In this document: one piece after another, positions 20,301-30,300 of the stretch
How the letters are laid out: every line of letters begins with the position of its first letter
How positions within the stretch are numbered: position 1 is the first letter of the stretch
Assembly (NCBI GenBank): GCA_965199825.1
Contig: OZ241329.1
Span: 2,144,001-2,208,000, forward strand
Direction of reading: 5' to 3'
Source: Bdellovibrionales bacterium
GTDB lineage: Bacteria; Bdellovibrionota; Bdellovibrionia; Bdellovibrionales; UBA1609
DNA length: 64,000 nt
The notes under the pieces: generated by a model
What the model saw: only the letters and a program-made list of their open reading frames with translations
What the model was told of the DNA's origin: nothing
The model's database searches: none
Program-made: the position numbers and the translations under genes

Positions 20301-20893
20301 CCACGCGCGAGTATGGAGGTACAGGATTAGGTCTTGTTCTCTCACGGCGTCTTGCCAACGCCTTGGGTGGGACCGTGGCGATTTCAGATTCGGTTTTAGG
20401 CAACGGGTGCACCTTTGTGATTTCATTTAAGGCAGGCCTTGCTCCAACACTCTTAAGTAGTTCTGATGTTGATAGCAACTTGTCGGCTGATGGAAATTTA
20501 TTAAATGATATGCGAATATTGTTGGTGGAAGATTCACCTGACAATCAAATGTTGATCCGGAGAATTTTGGTGCGCAACGGAGCAAATGTGGCCATGGCCG
20601 ACAATGGCTCGCAAGGTGTCCATCGCGCGCTTGAAAGCGAATTTGATATTGTTTTGATGGATATTCAGATGCCGATGATGGACGGCTACACCGCAATCAA
20701 AAAACTGCGCGAAAAGAACTATCCTGTCCCGATTATCGCACTGACCGCCCATGCGATGGAAGAAGAACGCCGCAAAACCAAAGCCGCAGGCTTTTCGGCC
20801 CACGTGACAAAGCCGATTGAGTTTTCGGAATTGATCGACACCATCCTTCAAGTTGTTGGACGAAGGGGAGTGCGTGGTGAGGCTTCGCTTTGA
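17366..20893 (+). CDS. Hybrid sensor histidine kinase: AhpD/CMD-like N-terminus, multiple PAS, HisKA, HATPase, REC
   Basis: FLANMSHEIRTPL, DTGRG, GGTGLGL, LMDIQMP; N-terminal FCKVPYCLVCH; GTG start after GGAG. Confidence 0.9.
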   Translation: MNTSVNEIFEEIKGHFEIVPPFFKSAEKSPLVLRNLWNQTLYSYLQNPIPKLFKEKLSASIARFCKVPYCLVCHSSTLKALGMSGEQIFNFLQEPPLQFERMQKDIENLFHHPQLTSWPESDPNLEEAILFCSLTIYLDHDTEDCKQVLKSILPPELFDSLLLLIAYNRTCVLWSEAHPELNFNDDQRVKVNLASLLKEEPRLEMLFKNSSEQMGDHAKLKAYRLTKENKSLIASETELRNLAKKNACLVQSLLNSTTEGIWGVGRDGLITFVNPSGVKLFGYSSDQEMIGKNSHELVHYKKADGSHFSAGECPIVEALKKGRSHHSEDEIMWRRDGSAFFATYNLTPVIENNQITGAVITFTDTTDRKRVLEELKINKEWLDATLHGIGDAVIATDVSKIPKITFLNGIAEQLTGWSLKEARGRSIDEVFHIINDITRNKAVSPIQNVLSTGEIQALANHTSLISKSGKEYLIEDSASPIKNYKGEVEGVVLVFRDVTQQKMLERETLEANLRVKASQEELEAFFMQAPSPMVILEGPDHRVTLANPPYERLSGRKVVGKTMREAFTKGEADTFIPILDEVYKSGIAFVGQEMPIELRDEAGQEHHYWVDISYHPFRDPKGKVKGVLALIHDVTASALSRRKVEKSENRLKIERAKLEAIFYGADTPMVLFRGPELVYEMANNKYLDLIGQKDIIGKKIMDARPEIAQGDFVKILYEVYRTGKSAYVTEGHSPIRNLKTGIIEHRYFDTTFTRVCDDPTKPYLIVAHTMEATARVRDRMLLETAKKEADHANQTKSSFLANMSHEIRTPLGAIIGFTEMLRDDKISPEERKRFTDVISRNAKSLTRVIDDILDLSKVEAGRLDIELSLFSLREVLQDVIALFIDRARTIGIGLYLNIAPDLPEKIQSDPVRLRQIFINIIGNAIKFTEKGAVTVSVEMQSSGQNEKLFFVRVKDTGRGLTLEQQSKLFKPFSQADSTTTREYGGTGLGLVLSRRLANALGGTVAISDSVLGNGCTFVISFKAGLAPTLLSSSDVDSNLSADGNLLNDMRILLVEDSPDNQMLIRRILVRNGANVAMADNGSQGVHRALESEFDIVLMDIQMPMMDGYTAIKKLREKNYPVPIIALTAHAMEEERRKTKAAGFSAHVTKPIEFSELIDTILQVVGRRGVRGEASL

Positions 20894-21000
20894 TAAGAGA
20901 TGCGGCTGTGTGAGGCACCGGTCTACCAGACTTTTACAGTAAGGTGATTCAATTGAGCTTGAAATTACAAGGTAAATAAAATTAGTAGTTTTGATTTGAG

Positions 21001-21534
21001 CTAGCTCTTTGTTCTTGTGTTCCAAAAAGCTTTGCTATTTTTTTCGAAATGCATGCGGGCCTTTCGACCAAATAGGGCTTCAACGCAGTTTGCATCAAGA
21101 TAATCAAACATGCGAACTTCGTCTAAACCGGTACTAACCACCCGTGAGAAAACAATTCCATCCCAGAATTTGCCAAATTTATTTCCTCGTTGTGCACCCG
21201 TTATGATTCGCGCAATCATTCCAGCAATGACTTTAAAAAAAGTTTTAACGAGTTCTCTATCTTGAAATCGAAGGAGCAGATGAAAGTGATTACCCACATT
21301 ACTCAGTTTCGCAATTCGAACCCCATATCGCTTGGCTTTTGAAAAAATCAAATCTTTTAACACGATCTGATGCTTGTTATTTTTAAAGCTCATCGCACCT
21401 GTAGCGTGTCGTGATTTGAGTATCACATGATGAAGTCGTTTTTTATCAAGCGGACGGGTTATTTTTCGTTTCGCTTTAACAATTCCACCATAACTTTTAC
21501 GATTTGAAAGTTGAAATAAGGGCATCTGTTTCAT
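21001..21534 (-). mobile_element. HUH Y1 transposase (REP-associated tyrosine transposase/IS200-like)
   Basis: HHVILKS, NVGNHFHLLL (HUH), FWDG and C-terminal DYLDAN catalytic Tyr. Confidence 0.8.
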
Positions 21535-21603
21535 GTATATAAATTATATTTATAAGATCTAAGAGTCAACGAGATTGGCAACAAATTTTGTAAAAAAAAA
21601 GTG

Positions 21604-22000
21604 TTTCGGGGCAATGTCATTTTTGAAATTTGGATTAAGTTTTATTTGGATCGACGCCAGAAAGATCGGAAATAAATGTCGGATGTACTTCGTTATTGTT
21701 ATTAAGTTGTGTAAGTTTTTGTAGAAAATCATTCGGTTGAGCTCACCGAATGTTTCTTTATTTATTCAAAAAATTTGTTACAACAATCACAAATCGATTT
21801 GGGGCAGTGTCATTTTTGAATTTGGATTCGGTTTATGTCGACCAACTCCGGTGATAAATTTGAGATCAGGCAAAAATTTTGGACTTATTTCGTTGTAGTG
21901 ATTCAGCTGACCTCACCGAAGATTTCAATAATGACAAAAAAAAATTGTCACCGTGACAAATCGCTTCGGGCCAGTGTCAATTTTTAACATTTTGGATTCA
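21604..22000. repeat. Three degenerate direct repeats (periods about 193 and 167 bp) upstream of the transposase
   Basis: GGGGCAATGTCATTTTTGAAATTTGGATT (21608), GGGGCAGTGTCATTTTTGAATTTGGATT (21801), GGGCCAGTGTCAATTTTTAACATTTTGGATT (21968); shared internal ATTC(G/A)G(T/C)TGA(G/C)CTCACCGAA at 21731 and 21901. Confidence 0.75.
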
Positions 22001-22166
22001 CAAAAGGACTGTCGTTTTTAACAAGAATTGAGTTTGTTGTGCGCGATCAATGAGGAACTCTTCAAAAAGTGTTCCCCTAAAACAAGAATCGGGCTGGGCT
22101 TGCAAGGCCAATGAGAAACCCTTCAAACACGAGGTTCGAAGCGTCCTCTCAGATCAAAATCCCAAC

Positions 22167-23360
22167 TTAAATAAAATCAAGAAGTCCATTAATCAAAGGT
22201 TGGATCACAGATAAAGTGATCGCATAAAATCCGCCAAGTCCACCCGCCACAAATAAGATTCCGTTTTCATAGCGAACAGTGTTTGCGGAATAAAGCTGTG
22301 AGGGAAGTTGGATAGATCCAATAAACGTGAGGGTCACTCCAGTGCAGCTGCTTGCGGTGCTCGAGTTGCGAAGCATCTGATAAACATAAACACCGGCTTG
22401 ACCGTTAGCCACAAATAGGAGCCCAGGTCCGGCAGCAACACCGTTGGTGACAGTTAAGCTTGGGTCTATGCCAGTGACAGTCTGCCGCGGAAGGGAAGCC
22501 AAAATTTGTTGATCGGCCTTACAAACAATAGCCGCACCCGCATCACCGCGGCTCACCGCAACCATGGTTTTTCCGGCTTGGACCGATGACTTGGATTCAG
22601 CAATCGTATTGCCGCCGACGTTAATGGTGTGAGCGATGGTATTCGAAGTTGAAATCTCATACAGATTTCCGCCGCCTGCAACCACATACAAATTTCCTTG
22701 GCCTGGATAAAAGCTCAAGCCCCTTGCGTCGGCGATGTTGAGGCTTGCAGTTTGTGCCAGTGTCGACGGATTTAAAACACTTAATCCCTGAGTGGTGCTT
22801 GTACCATTTGCTCCAGATAAAACATAAAGAGAATTATTCCAATAGGTGATCGCAGTGCCGGCATAGGTGTTGAGTAAGCTGGTTTGTGTGGGTTGAGATG
22901 ACCCAAATAAAGATAAACTTAATGTGTTTAATACCGCTGGCCAGCCGCTTGAGGTTGAGGACGTGGTGGATCCAACAGAATAGACGGTTGATCCGTAGGC
23001 ATGAACGCCATTGACGGTAGTTGTGGCAAACGTTGTTGATGCGAGTCGTATGGGTAGTGCGGGCACAAGAGTGCTGATTTGATCAATCCCTCCCATATGA
23101 ACCGCACCTGGAATATTATACGAAACATATGCCACACCCGGAGCCATAAAAATATCATCGGCCGCGAGAGTTGTTGAATTGACCTGCGGAGGTACAATTG
23201 TGGCTGCAAATGTGAGTAAAAAATTTGAGGCAAACGTGGATCCGAGGGACACCACTTTATTTTCCCAAATCACTCGTGCATCACCAGAACCACCGGTTGA
23301 TCCGTTACTGCAACCAACACTTACAAATAGAACGCTCAAAAAAACCAACAGCCGAATCAT
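22167..23360 (-). CDS. Ser/Thr-rich lipoprotein, probable beta-propeller (LVIVD-like repeats)
   Basis: SVGC lipobox; repeated blades LYVVAGGG, LFVANGQAGVYV, LFVAGGLGG. Confidence 0.7.
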   Translation of the reverse strand: MIRLLVFLSVLFVSVGCSNGSTGGSGDARVIWENKVVSLGSTFASNFLLTFAATIVPPQVNSTTLAADDIFMAPGVAYVSYNIPGAVHMGGIDQISTLVPALPIRLASTTFATTTVNGVHAYGSTVYSVGSTTSSTSSGWPAVLNTLSLSLFGSSQPTQTSLLNTYAGTAITYWNNSLYVLSGANGTSTTQGLSVLNPSTLAQTASLNIADARGLSFYPGQGNLYVVAGGGNLYEISTSNTIAHTINVGGNTIAESKSSVQAGKTMVAVSRGDAGAAIVCKADQQILASLPRQTVTGIDPSLTVTNGVAAGPGLLFVANGQAGVYVYQMLRNSSTASSCTGVTLTFIGSIQLPSQLYSANTVRYENGILFVAGGLGGFYAITLSVIQPLINGLLDFI

Positions 23361-23737
23361 TTAGAACCTCGAAGGTGAGAAGTGGCATTGAGATAAGAAT
23401 CTAATTTTAAGTTGAGATTTTTTTGTTCGGAAGAACAAGCTTCAAAGTTGGCACTTTCGGCTAGTTCTTCTAAAATCTGACAAATTCCTGCGAGCTGTTG
23501 ACCGCCCAATGCCGCCGCACTCGACTTAAGTGAATGGTAAGCTCGTTCAAGCCGCTTTTTGTCGAGGTTTTTGAGGCTGACCTCAATTTCCGACCTTATT
23601 TGGACCGCAGTCTCAGCAAATTGCTCGGCGAGACTGGTGATAAGTCCGGGCTCGGTCTCACGCTCAAGTTCGAGGAGCTCGCTCAGATCGTCATTTCTAA
23701 ATACGGGTAGATTTTCGATTTCTAGTGTTGTTGCCAT
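23357..23737 (-). CDS. Stand-alone Hpt phosphotransfer protein
   Basis: AYHSLKSSAAALGG Hpt signature; helical, 126 aa. Confidence 0.9.
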   Translation of the reverse strand: MATTLEIENLPVFRNDDLSELLELERETEPGLITSLAEQFAETAVQIRSEIEVSLKNLDKKRLERAYHSLKSSAAALGGQQLAGICQILEELAESANFEACSSEQKNLNLKLDSYLNATSHLRGSK

Positions 23738-23744
23738 ATTAGAC

Positions 23745-23771
23745 TTTTCGGTCGTCTTTTATAGGCCTTTA
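23745..23771 (-). promoter_or_regulatory. sigma28 (FliA)-type promoter of the hpt operon
   Basis: TAAA-N15-ACCGAAAA ending about 7 nt before the ATG at 23737. Confidence 0.55.
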
Positions 23772-23840
23772 GTCTCGCATTTGATCACGTGTTCTAAATT
23801 GAAACACTTTAGAGCACTTTGCAATGTTCCGAAGCAGATA

Positions 23841-24239
23841 ATGATGGCACAACAAGGGGTTAGCACAAACTTATCAGAAAATCTTATTGTCCTCGTTGAG
23901 GACGGTAAAGATCATTCGCGCATCCTTATGGCTGTCCTCAAAAAGCATGGCTATCAAATGCTGCTGTTTGAAACTGGCTTTGATGCCTATGAGTATCTCT
24001 CCAAAAATCCATCTCCCGATCTGTTAATCACCGATATTTTAATGCCCGGAATGTCGGGCTTTGAATTGTTGGATCGACTCCGAAGCGAAGGCCGTATGCC
24101 GCCGACTTTAGTACTCACGAGTAAACAGCGTGAAGAGGATGTCTTAAGAGGGCTTGAGCTTGGAATCATCGATTACATCAAAAAGCCGTTTAGCCCTTCG
24201 GTAATTTTACTCAAAGTGAACAATGCTCTAAAAAAGTAG
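23841..24239 (+). CDS. Single-domain response regulator (REC only)
   Basis: VLVED, LLITDILMPGMSG, LTS, KPFS; no output domain. Confidence 0.9.
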   Translation: MMAQQGVSTNLSENLIVLVEDGKDHSRILMAVLKKHGYQMLLFETGFDAYEYLSKNPSPDLLITDILMPGMSGFELLDRLRSEGRMPPTLVLTSKQREEDVLRGLELGIIDYIKKPFSPSVILLKVNNALKK

Positions 24240-24250
24240 GCCGCATAATA

Positions 24251-24961
24251 ATGGTTTTTTTGTTTAGTTTATTTTTATCGCAGAGTTTTGGATTACGTGT
24301 GGACACTTCAGCCCTTCAAAGCCAATCGCCAACTTATCAAGGCCAATTGTACTCGGCGAATGTGAGTGGAATTATTGATGACAACAAAACGAGTTTAAAC
24401 GGTGGACTGAGATATCTCACCCGCACTTATTCTGGCAATACCAATGTTCACGATTTGGCCTATGACCTTGGGACTACATTTAATGTTGGTAATGGAAAAT
24501 ACATGGAAGTCTCAGGCTCGCTCGTTTCAAACGCGGTGATCTTGCCGGCACAATCGATCACCCTTGGCCCGCGTTGGGCTTTTGGTCGAAACGATGTGGG
24601 CATCAGTTTTAATTATTCGCACTACGCAAAATTATCGGCGGCAACCCTTCATCCCGGTTACATCTACAACCTCTCAAAGCACTGGCTTTTTGGAACAGGC
24701 GTGTTTGTCACTCGGACAGGTTCAAATCTTTTAGCAGCAAATGGCTTTGTGCATTATCAACCCTTTCGATCCCAATCCTTTCGAATTGATGGGGCGGGTG
24801 GACGCACCCTTGAAGATGCCGGAGTTGAAGCCCAATTCAATAGCTACAGTGCGACCTATGGTTATCACTTTAAACACATCAGCGTGTTAGGAACTTTTGG
24901 TCAATATTGGAGTCAGATCCGAACCGAAAACAGTTATATGTTGAGGCTCGTTTTTAAATGA
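24251..24961 (+). CDS. Outer-membrane beta-barrel protein (YaiO-like, inferred)
   Basis: Signal-like N-terminus; alternating amphipathic strands rich in Tyr/Gly; terminal LRLVFK; operon context. Confidence 0.6.
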   Translation: MVFLFSLFLSQSFGLRVDTSALQSQSPTYQGQLYSANVSGIIDDNKTSLNGGLRYLTRTYSGNTNVHDLAYDLGTTFNVGNGKYMEVSGSLVSNAVILPAQSITLGPRWAFGRNDVGISFNYSHYAKLSAATLHPGYIYNLSKHWLFGTGVFVTRTGSNLLAANGFVHYQPFRSQSFRIDGAGGRTLEDAGVEAQFNSYSATYGYHFKHISVLGTFGQYWSQIRTENSYMLRLVFK

Positions 24962-25956
24962 ATCCACTCGCCATCGAAAAATTTATTTTAAGATGGGTCT
25001 CAATGATCGTTTACGGACAAATGATCATCGTCAGTGCTTTGTTTGTGATGACTATAGTGCTCCTTACAATTCGCAAAAGACGCCAATTGCGCTTTGCTCA
25101 TCTCCTTGATCGCTATGCCGATGATCTCACCACCGAATTGCTCAATGCACCTGAAAAAGATTCTGACAAAATTGCTCGTCCCGGCATTTTTAAAAGTCTT
25201 GAAAGAACCGCATTGCGCGAAGCCTGCCACAGACAGATCAAATTTTTAAGCGGGCCAGAGCGTGTTTATATTATTCGTCGCTACATCGATTTTGGTTTTG
25301 CAAAAGATAATGTGGATGAATGCTATTCGAATCAATGGTGGAAAAGACTTAAAGCGGTCGTTCAGCTGAGCCATCTCCAAATGCCAATGCTGATTCCTTT
25401 GTTTCAAGATCTTTCAAAAGATTCGAACGATCTCGTCTGCGCCTACGCCTACTTAGGTTTAAGTCGGCTCAAAGAAGGATCTGAATGTGTGGATGCTCAG
25501 GCTTTGCTTCGCTTGGCGCACACAGGACGGATCAATTTGCTGCGAGAGATTATCACTAATTTATGTCGTCATCGCGAGCCGACCCAAATGATTTCGATGG
25601 CGTTATCATCAAAAAATGAAAACCTGCAAGAGGCGATGATCTCCTCACTTGCACTAATGAAAACACCAGAGATCGGCACCGAGCTTGCCGAAGTTTTAAG
25701 GCATCCCCAGCATCTCTCAAATTCACTATTGGTCAATGTGTTAAGAGCGCTTAAAGAAATAGGGGATCCTAGTTTTTTAGACGCAGTATTAAATTTTAAA
25801 AATCATGGTGATGAGCGCGTTCAACTCGAAGTGGTCGAATTTATATTGAGCTACGCCGCCGATGCGGATGAGGAGCTGAAAGCTTTTAATCCGGCAGAAT
25901 TATCAATTCCGGTTCAAAGAGCTTTACAAAAATATAGAACGCGGATTGCGGCATGA
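24958..25956 (+). CDS. Membrane-anchored HEAT-repeat protein
   Basis: One N-terminal TM helix; WWKRLKAVVQL, DSNDLVCAYAYLGL, ALKEIGDP, DERVQLEVV. Confidence 0.75.
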   Translation: MNPLAIEKFILRWVSMIVYGQMIIVSALFVMTIVLLTIRKRRQLRFAHLLDRYADDLTTELLNAPEKDSDKIARPGIFKSLERTALREACHRQIKFLSGPERVYIIRRYIDFGFAKDNVDECYSNQWWKRLKAVVQLSHLQMPMLIPLFQDLSKDSNDLVCAYAYLGLSRLKEGSECVDAQALLRLAHTGRINLLREIITNLCRHREPTQMISMALSSKNENLQEAMISSLALMKTPEIGTELAEVLRHPQHLSNSLLVNVLRALKEIGDPSFLDAVLNFKNHGDERVQLEVVEFILSYAADADEELKAFNPAELSIPVQRALQKYRTRIAA

Positions 25957-27362
25957 GCAATTTTTTATACGATGCCACTCAAATGTTTTTGGTTGTGGCC
26001 ATCATCTACTTCTTTTTGGCAAACACCGCTTATTTACTTCTTTTGCTTGCAGCAGTTTGGGAATTGAGCCGGCAAAAAAAACTTTTACCGCTGACAACCG
26101 AGATGCAAGATGGGTCCTCAAGTATTGCACCAGGAATTTCAATTCTTGCTCCTGCCTATAACGAACAAGAAACGGTTGTTGAATCGGTGCGATCTTTTTT
26201 GATGCTCAATTATCCAGCCTTTGAAGTGATCGTGATCAGCGATGGCTCAAACGATGAAACACTCAAGCGCTTGACCGCCACTTATCAATTAGCACCTGTC
26301 GAGATGATCTATGATCCGCACTTAAGCCAAACCGAGATTCGTGGAGTCTACCAATCTCCGATGCATCCCAATTTAATTGTGGTCGACAAGGTCAACGGCG
26401 GCAAAGCCGATGCACTCAATGTCGGGATCGGATTTTCAAAATACGATCTTTATTGTGCGGTGGATTCAGATTCACTTCTCGAAGACGAGGCGTTACTCAA
26501 AGTCGCAGCCCCCTTTTTAGAAAACCCTCATAAGTTGATTGCCTCTGGTGGAACCGTGCGAATCGCCAATGGCGCACGCGTGCGATTCGGTAGGGTTGAA
26601 AATATTGAGCTCCCAAAAAATATGCTCGTGCTGATGCAAATTGTTGAGTACACAAGAGCGTTTTTGTGCGGCCGTATTGGTTGGAATTTTTTAAATGCGA
26701 CCTTTGTGATTTCAGGCGCATTTGGTTTATTCTCAAAAGCAGCGGTTAAAAAAATCGGCGGTTACACCAAGGGTTCGGTGGGCGAAGATATGGAGTTGAT
26801 CATTCGCCTCCATGCTTTTCATCTTGAACGAAACATTCCATATTCAATTGTGTTTGTGCCCGATCCGGTGTGTTGGACCGAAGCCCCCGCAGATGCAAAA
26901 TCCTTGGGAAAACAACGTGATCGTTGGCAAAGAGGCTTGGCCGATATTTTGGTGCGCAATCGTCATATGATTATGAGTCCTAAGTACGGTGCTGTCGGCC
27001 TCTTAGCATTTCCCTACTTTATTTTTGTTGAACTTCTTGGTCCCATCTTCGAATTGCTTTCGATTGCTATCCTAGTCATTGCGGCTTGCACCCACGGGAT
27101 TGATTTTACTGTGATGTGGACTTTCTTTTTGGCAAGTGCTTTGTATGGTGCCGTGCTCTCACTCGGCTCGCTTGTGATCGAAGAGGTGTACTATGCCAAG
27201 TACACAAGAGTCTCGCAGCTCCTAATTTTGTTTGCGGTATGTTTGCTCGAAAGCATTTGGTATCGACAGATTTCGACCGTGTGGCGGGTTCAAGGCGTAT
27301 ACAAATATTTGCGCGGCGATCATACTTGGGGAACTTTGCAGCGAGCCGGGTTTAAAAAATAA
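25953..27362 (+). CDS. Processive family 2 glycosyltransferase (PgaC/IcaA-like synthase)
   Basis: PAYNE, DGSND, GGKADALN, DSD, GED, QRDRW; one N-terminal and several C-terminal TM helices. Confidence 0.92.
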   Translation: MSNFLYDATQMFLVVAIIYFFLANTAYLLLLLAAVWELSRQKKLLPLTTEMQDGSSSIAPGISILAPAYNEQETVVESVRSFLMLNYPAFEVIVISDGSNDETLKRLTATYQLAPVEMIYDPHLSQTEIRGVYQSPMHPNLIVVDKVNGGKADALNVGIGFSKYDLYCAVDSDSLLEDEALLKVAAPFLENPHKLIASGGTVRIANGARVRFGRVENIELPKNMLVLMQIVEYTRAFLCGRIGWNFLNATFVISGAFGLFSKAAVKKIGGYTKGSVGEDMELIIRLHAFHLERNIPYSIVFVPDPVCWTEAPADAKSLGKQRDRWQRGLADILVRNRHMIMSPKYGAVGLLAFPYFIFVELLGPIFELLSIAILVIAACTHGIDFTVMWTFFLASALYGAVLSLGSLVIEEVYYAKYTRVSQLLILFAVCLLESIWYRQISTVWRVQGVYKYLRGDHTWGTLQRAGFKK

Positions 27363-27398
27363 CAGCTGGTTATTTTTAAAATACTTAAGCCCAATATT

Positions 27399-30300
27399 TC
27401 AACTTTCTGCATTCGGCTCAAAAAAAGAATTCAGTGGACCAGCTTTGGTGAATTTAAGAATCGAGCTGACGAGTTCATTTTCGTGAATCGGTTTTGTCAG
27501 ATGCCCGTTGCAACCGGCTTCGCGGGTGCGGGCGCGCTCCTCACGCATAGCATGTGCTGTCAGTGCGATGATGGGTTTACTAAAGCCCGCCTCGCGGAGG
27601 GCACGGGTGGTCTCGTAGCCATCCATATCGGGCATTTGGAGATCCATCAAAATCACGTCAAAATTAAAATCAAAGGCCATCTTAAACCCTTGCGTGCCAC
27701 CGCTGGCTAAGCTCACCTTGGCCGCGTGTTTTTCGAGAAGATGTTGCACCAAAATTTGGTTGTCGCGCGAATCATCCACAATCAAAACCGAAATTCCTTT
27801 GAGCGTGTGGGTATCTAATTTGCCAAGCTCGGTGTTGAAACTCGAGACCCGAGGTTTTCTTTCCTGTGACAACTCGGCTTGAAAAGTGATCACAAAAGTT
27901 GAGCCTTCGGATTCGTAGTTTTCACCCAGTGTCACGTTTCCTCCTAAGGCCAATGCCAAACGTCGAGAAAGGATAAGCCCTAATCCAGTTCCACCAAATT
28001 TTCGGGTGGTGGAATTGTCGGCTTGCATAAAGGGTTCAAACAACTTTTTTTGATTTTCTAGCAGAATCCCGGGGCCGGTGTCTTTGACCACAATTTTTAT
28101 TGTCGCCGATTTTAAATTTTTTGATTCGCTCGAGACATTGACACTCACTCCTCCTTGGCTTGTGAACTTCACCGCATTGCCTACGATATTGATTAAAATT
28201 TGGCGAATGCGAGTGGGGTCAGAAACAATGCGCTGGGGGACTGATACCGAAAGATTCAAATTAAGAGTAATCTGTTTTGAGCGAATTCGTTCTCGAAAAA
28301 GATCCATCACTTCGTGAATCAATTCAAAAAATGAAAACTCAATTTTCTCGATATCCAATTTGCCAGATTCAACTTTTGCTAAATCTAAAATATCATCGAT
28401 GATGCGGGTGAGAGCTTTGCCGTTTCGCGAGATTGTTTCTAAAAAAGATTGGCGTTCATTTTCTTCGTAATCGCCATCTTTTAATAAATTACTAAAACCT
28501 AAGATAGCCCCAAGCGGGGTCCGGATCTCATGGGACATATTTGCCAAAAAGGCCGACTTTGTTGTGTTTGCCCGTTCGGCTTCGATCTTGGCTTCGGTTA
28601 AAGTTTTTTGCATTTTTTTGATTTCCGAAATGTCCTGCATCACAAACCCGTAGGCAATCACCTGATTTGAGGACTCGCTCTGTACCGGAAATAAATTGAG
28701 CACCACTGGAATTAGATTTTGGGTCGAAAAATTTTTGAGCTCAATTTCCCCATTCCAAAATCCTTTATTTTGAATCGAAGGGATCAGTAAACCCAATATC
28801 GCGTTGTGATACTTTTCGGGGTAAAAATCGTAAAGGGTCAAATCGGAAATCTCTTTGTTTTCAAATCCAGAAAGTCTGCGGCCCCCATCGTTAAGATAAA
28901 ATGGTTTAAGATCCGTATTGAGCATACCAACAAAATCGGTACTATTCGAAACAAGGGCTGAGAGCAAACGGCGATCGGATTCGGATTTTTTTCTGGTCGT
29001 GATTTCAATCGATGTTCCATACATTCGGATAGGAATCTGATCTTGATCAAAAACAAATCGACCTTGTGCCTCGATCCATTTTATTTTTTTATCTTTTGAA
29101 AAAATACGATGTTCAGTGTGATATTGCTTTTGGTTCGTAATCGAATCTTTAAGCTTAATCAAAATTGATGTTTTGTCATCAGGGTGGATCCGACTCAAAG
29201 CCTCTTCAAGATTGCAATCGGCATCAAACTCCCAATCCTTTTTCATTTGATCGTTAAATACGATAAAATCGTCTCGCATGTCCCAATCATAAAATCCGAC
29301 TTTTGCAATCGATACGGCTGCGGCCAATTGACGTTCACTTTCAGCTAATCGTTTTTGATCAACCACACTTGCCGTTGTTTCGCGTGCATGGATCACTATG
29401 CCATAGGGCTCTGAGCTTTTTATTAGGATGCGAACGAAGGTAAAGGTAAAGTATTTTGCCTTCATCTTGACATCGTCAAGATGAGCTGTCTGTCCCGTGT
29501 ACAAAACCTGAGACATGATGTTTTGCAAATCAATTTCAAAATGCTCGCCAAATGACTCGTCCCAAGTGCGACCAAGGCAATCACTTCGGCCCAAAAACAC
29601 ATCAAAATTTTTATTGGTTTTTTCAAATACCAAATTTGGCCCACGCATCAGAGCGATTCCGATAGGCGAGTCGGTGATGATCGCATCCAATTTTGCTCGA
29701 TCTTCTTCGGTGACACTTGTGAGGTGCTCAAGCTTTCGTCTGGCTTCAATTAAATTGGTAATATCGTTGACCGCAAAAATTAATGAACCCGCATTGCCGT
29801 ACAGAGGAGGAATGGCTGCAGCCGTTACCGAAACACTGTAATTGCCACTCAAAGTTTTCCATAACATTTGCATATCTTTGACCTCTTCGCCGCGAGAGGC
29901 TTTTGATGAGGGTAATTCGTCAAATGTCAGCTGTCGACCCGTGGTCTCATCAATCGCAATCATCAAAGAATTTTGACTGCTTCGTTTTTCGCCTACCGGA
30001 AAGGAGCGACCAATCATCGCTTCGATGGCGTCATTGCCATAGGTGTATTCACCCGTATCGGGGTTTGCCATACAAAGCGGAAATGGAATCGATTTGATCG
30101 CAACCTGAAGCCAACGATGCTGATTGTCGCGCCACGCTTGCAAGTTTTTTTCTTGCGTGATGTCCCTAAAAACCAAGATCACACCCTCAGTATTGCGATG
30201 CGAATCAAGAATGGGGGCTACAGAATATTCGATCGTATATTCTTTTAAATCTTTGGAAATCAAAACCGAATGTTGAGGTTCTAAAGGCGTGCTCGCTTCG

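Noticed and set aside
21604..22000. CRISPR array
   Set aside because: The repeats are degenerate, the intervals are about 140-165 bp and resemble each other, and no cas genes are present
23559..23840. N-terminal extension of the response regulator ORF
   Set aside because: It overlaps hpt on the opposite strand; the REC domain begins after the ATG at 23841/23844
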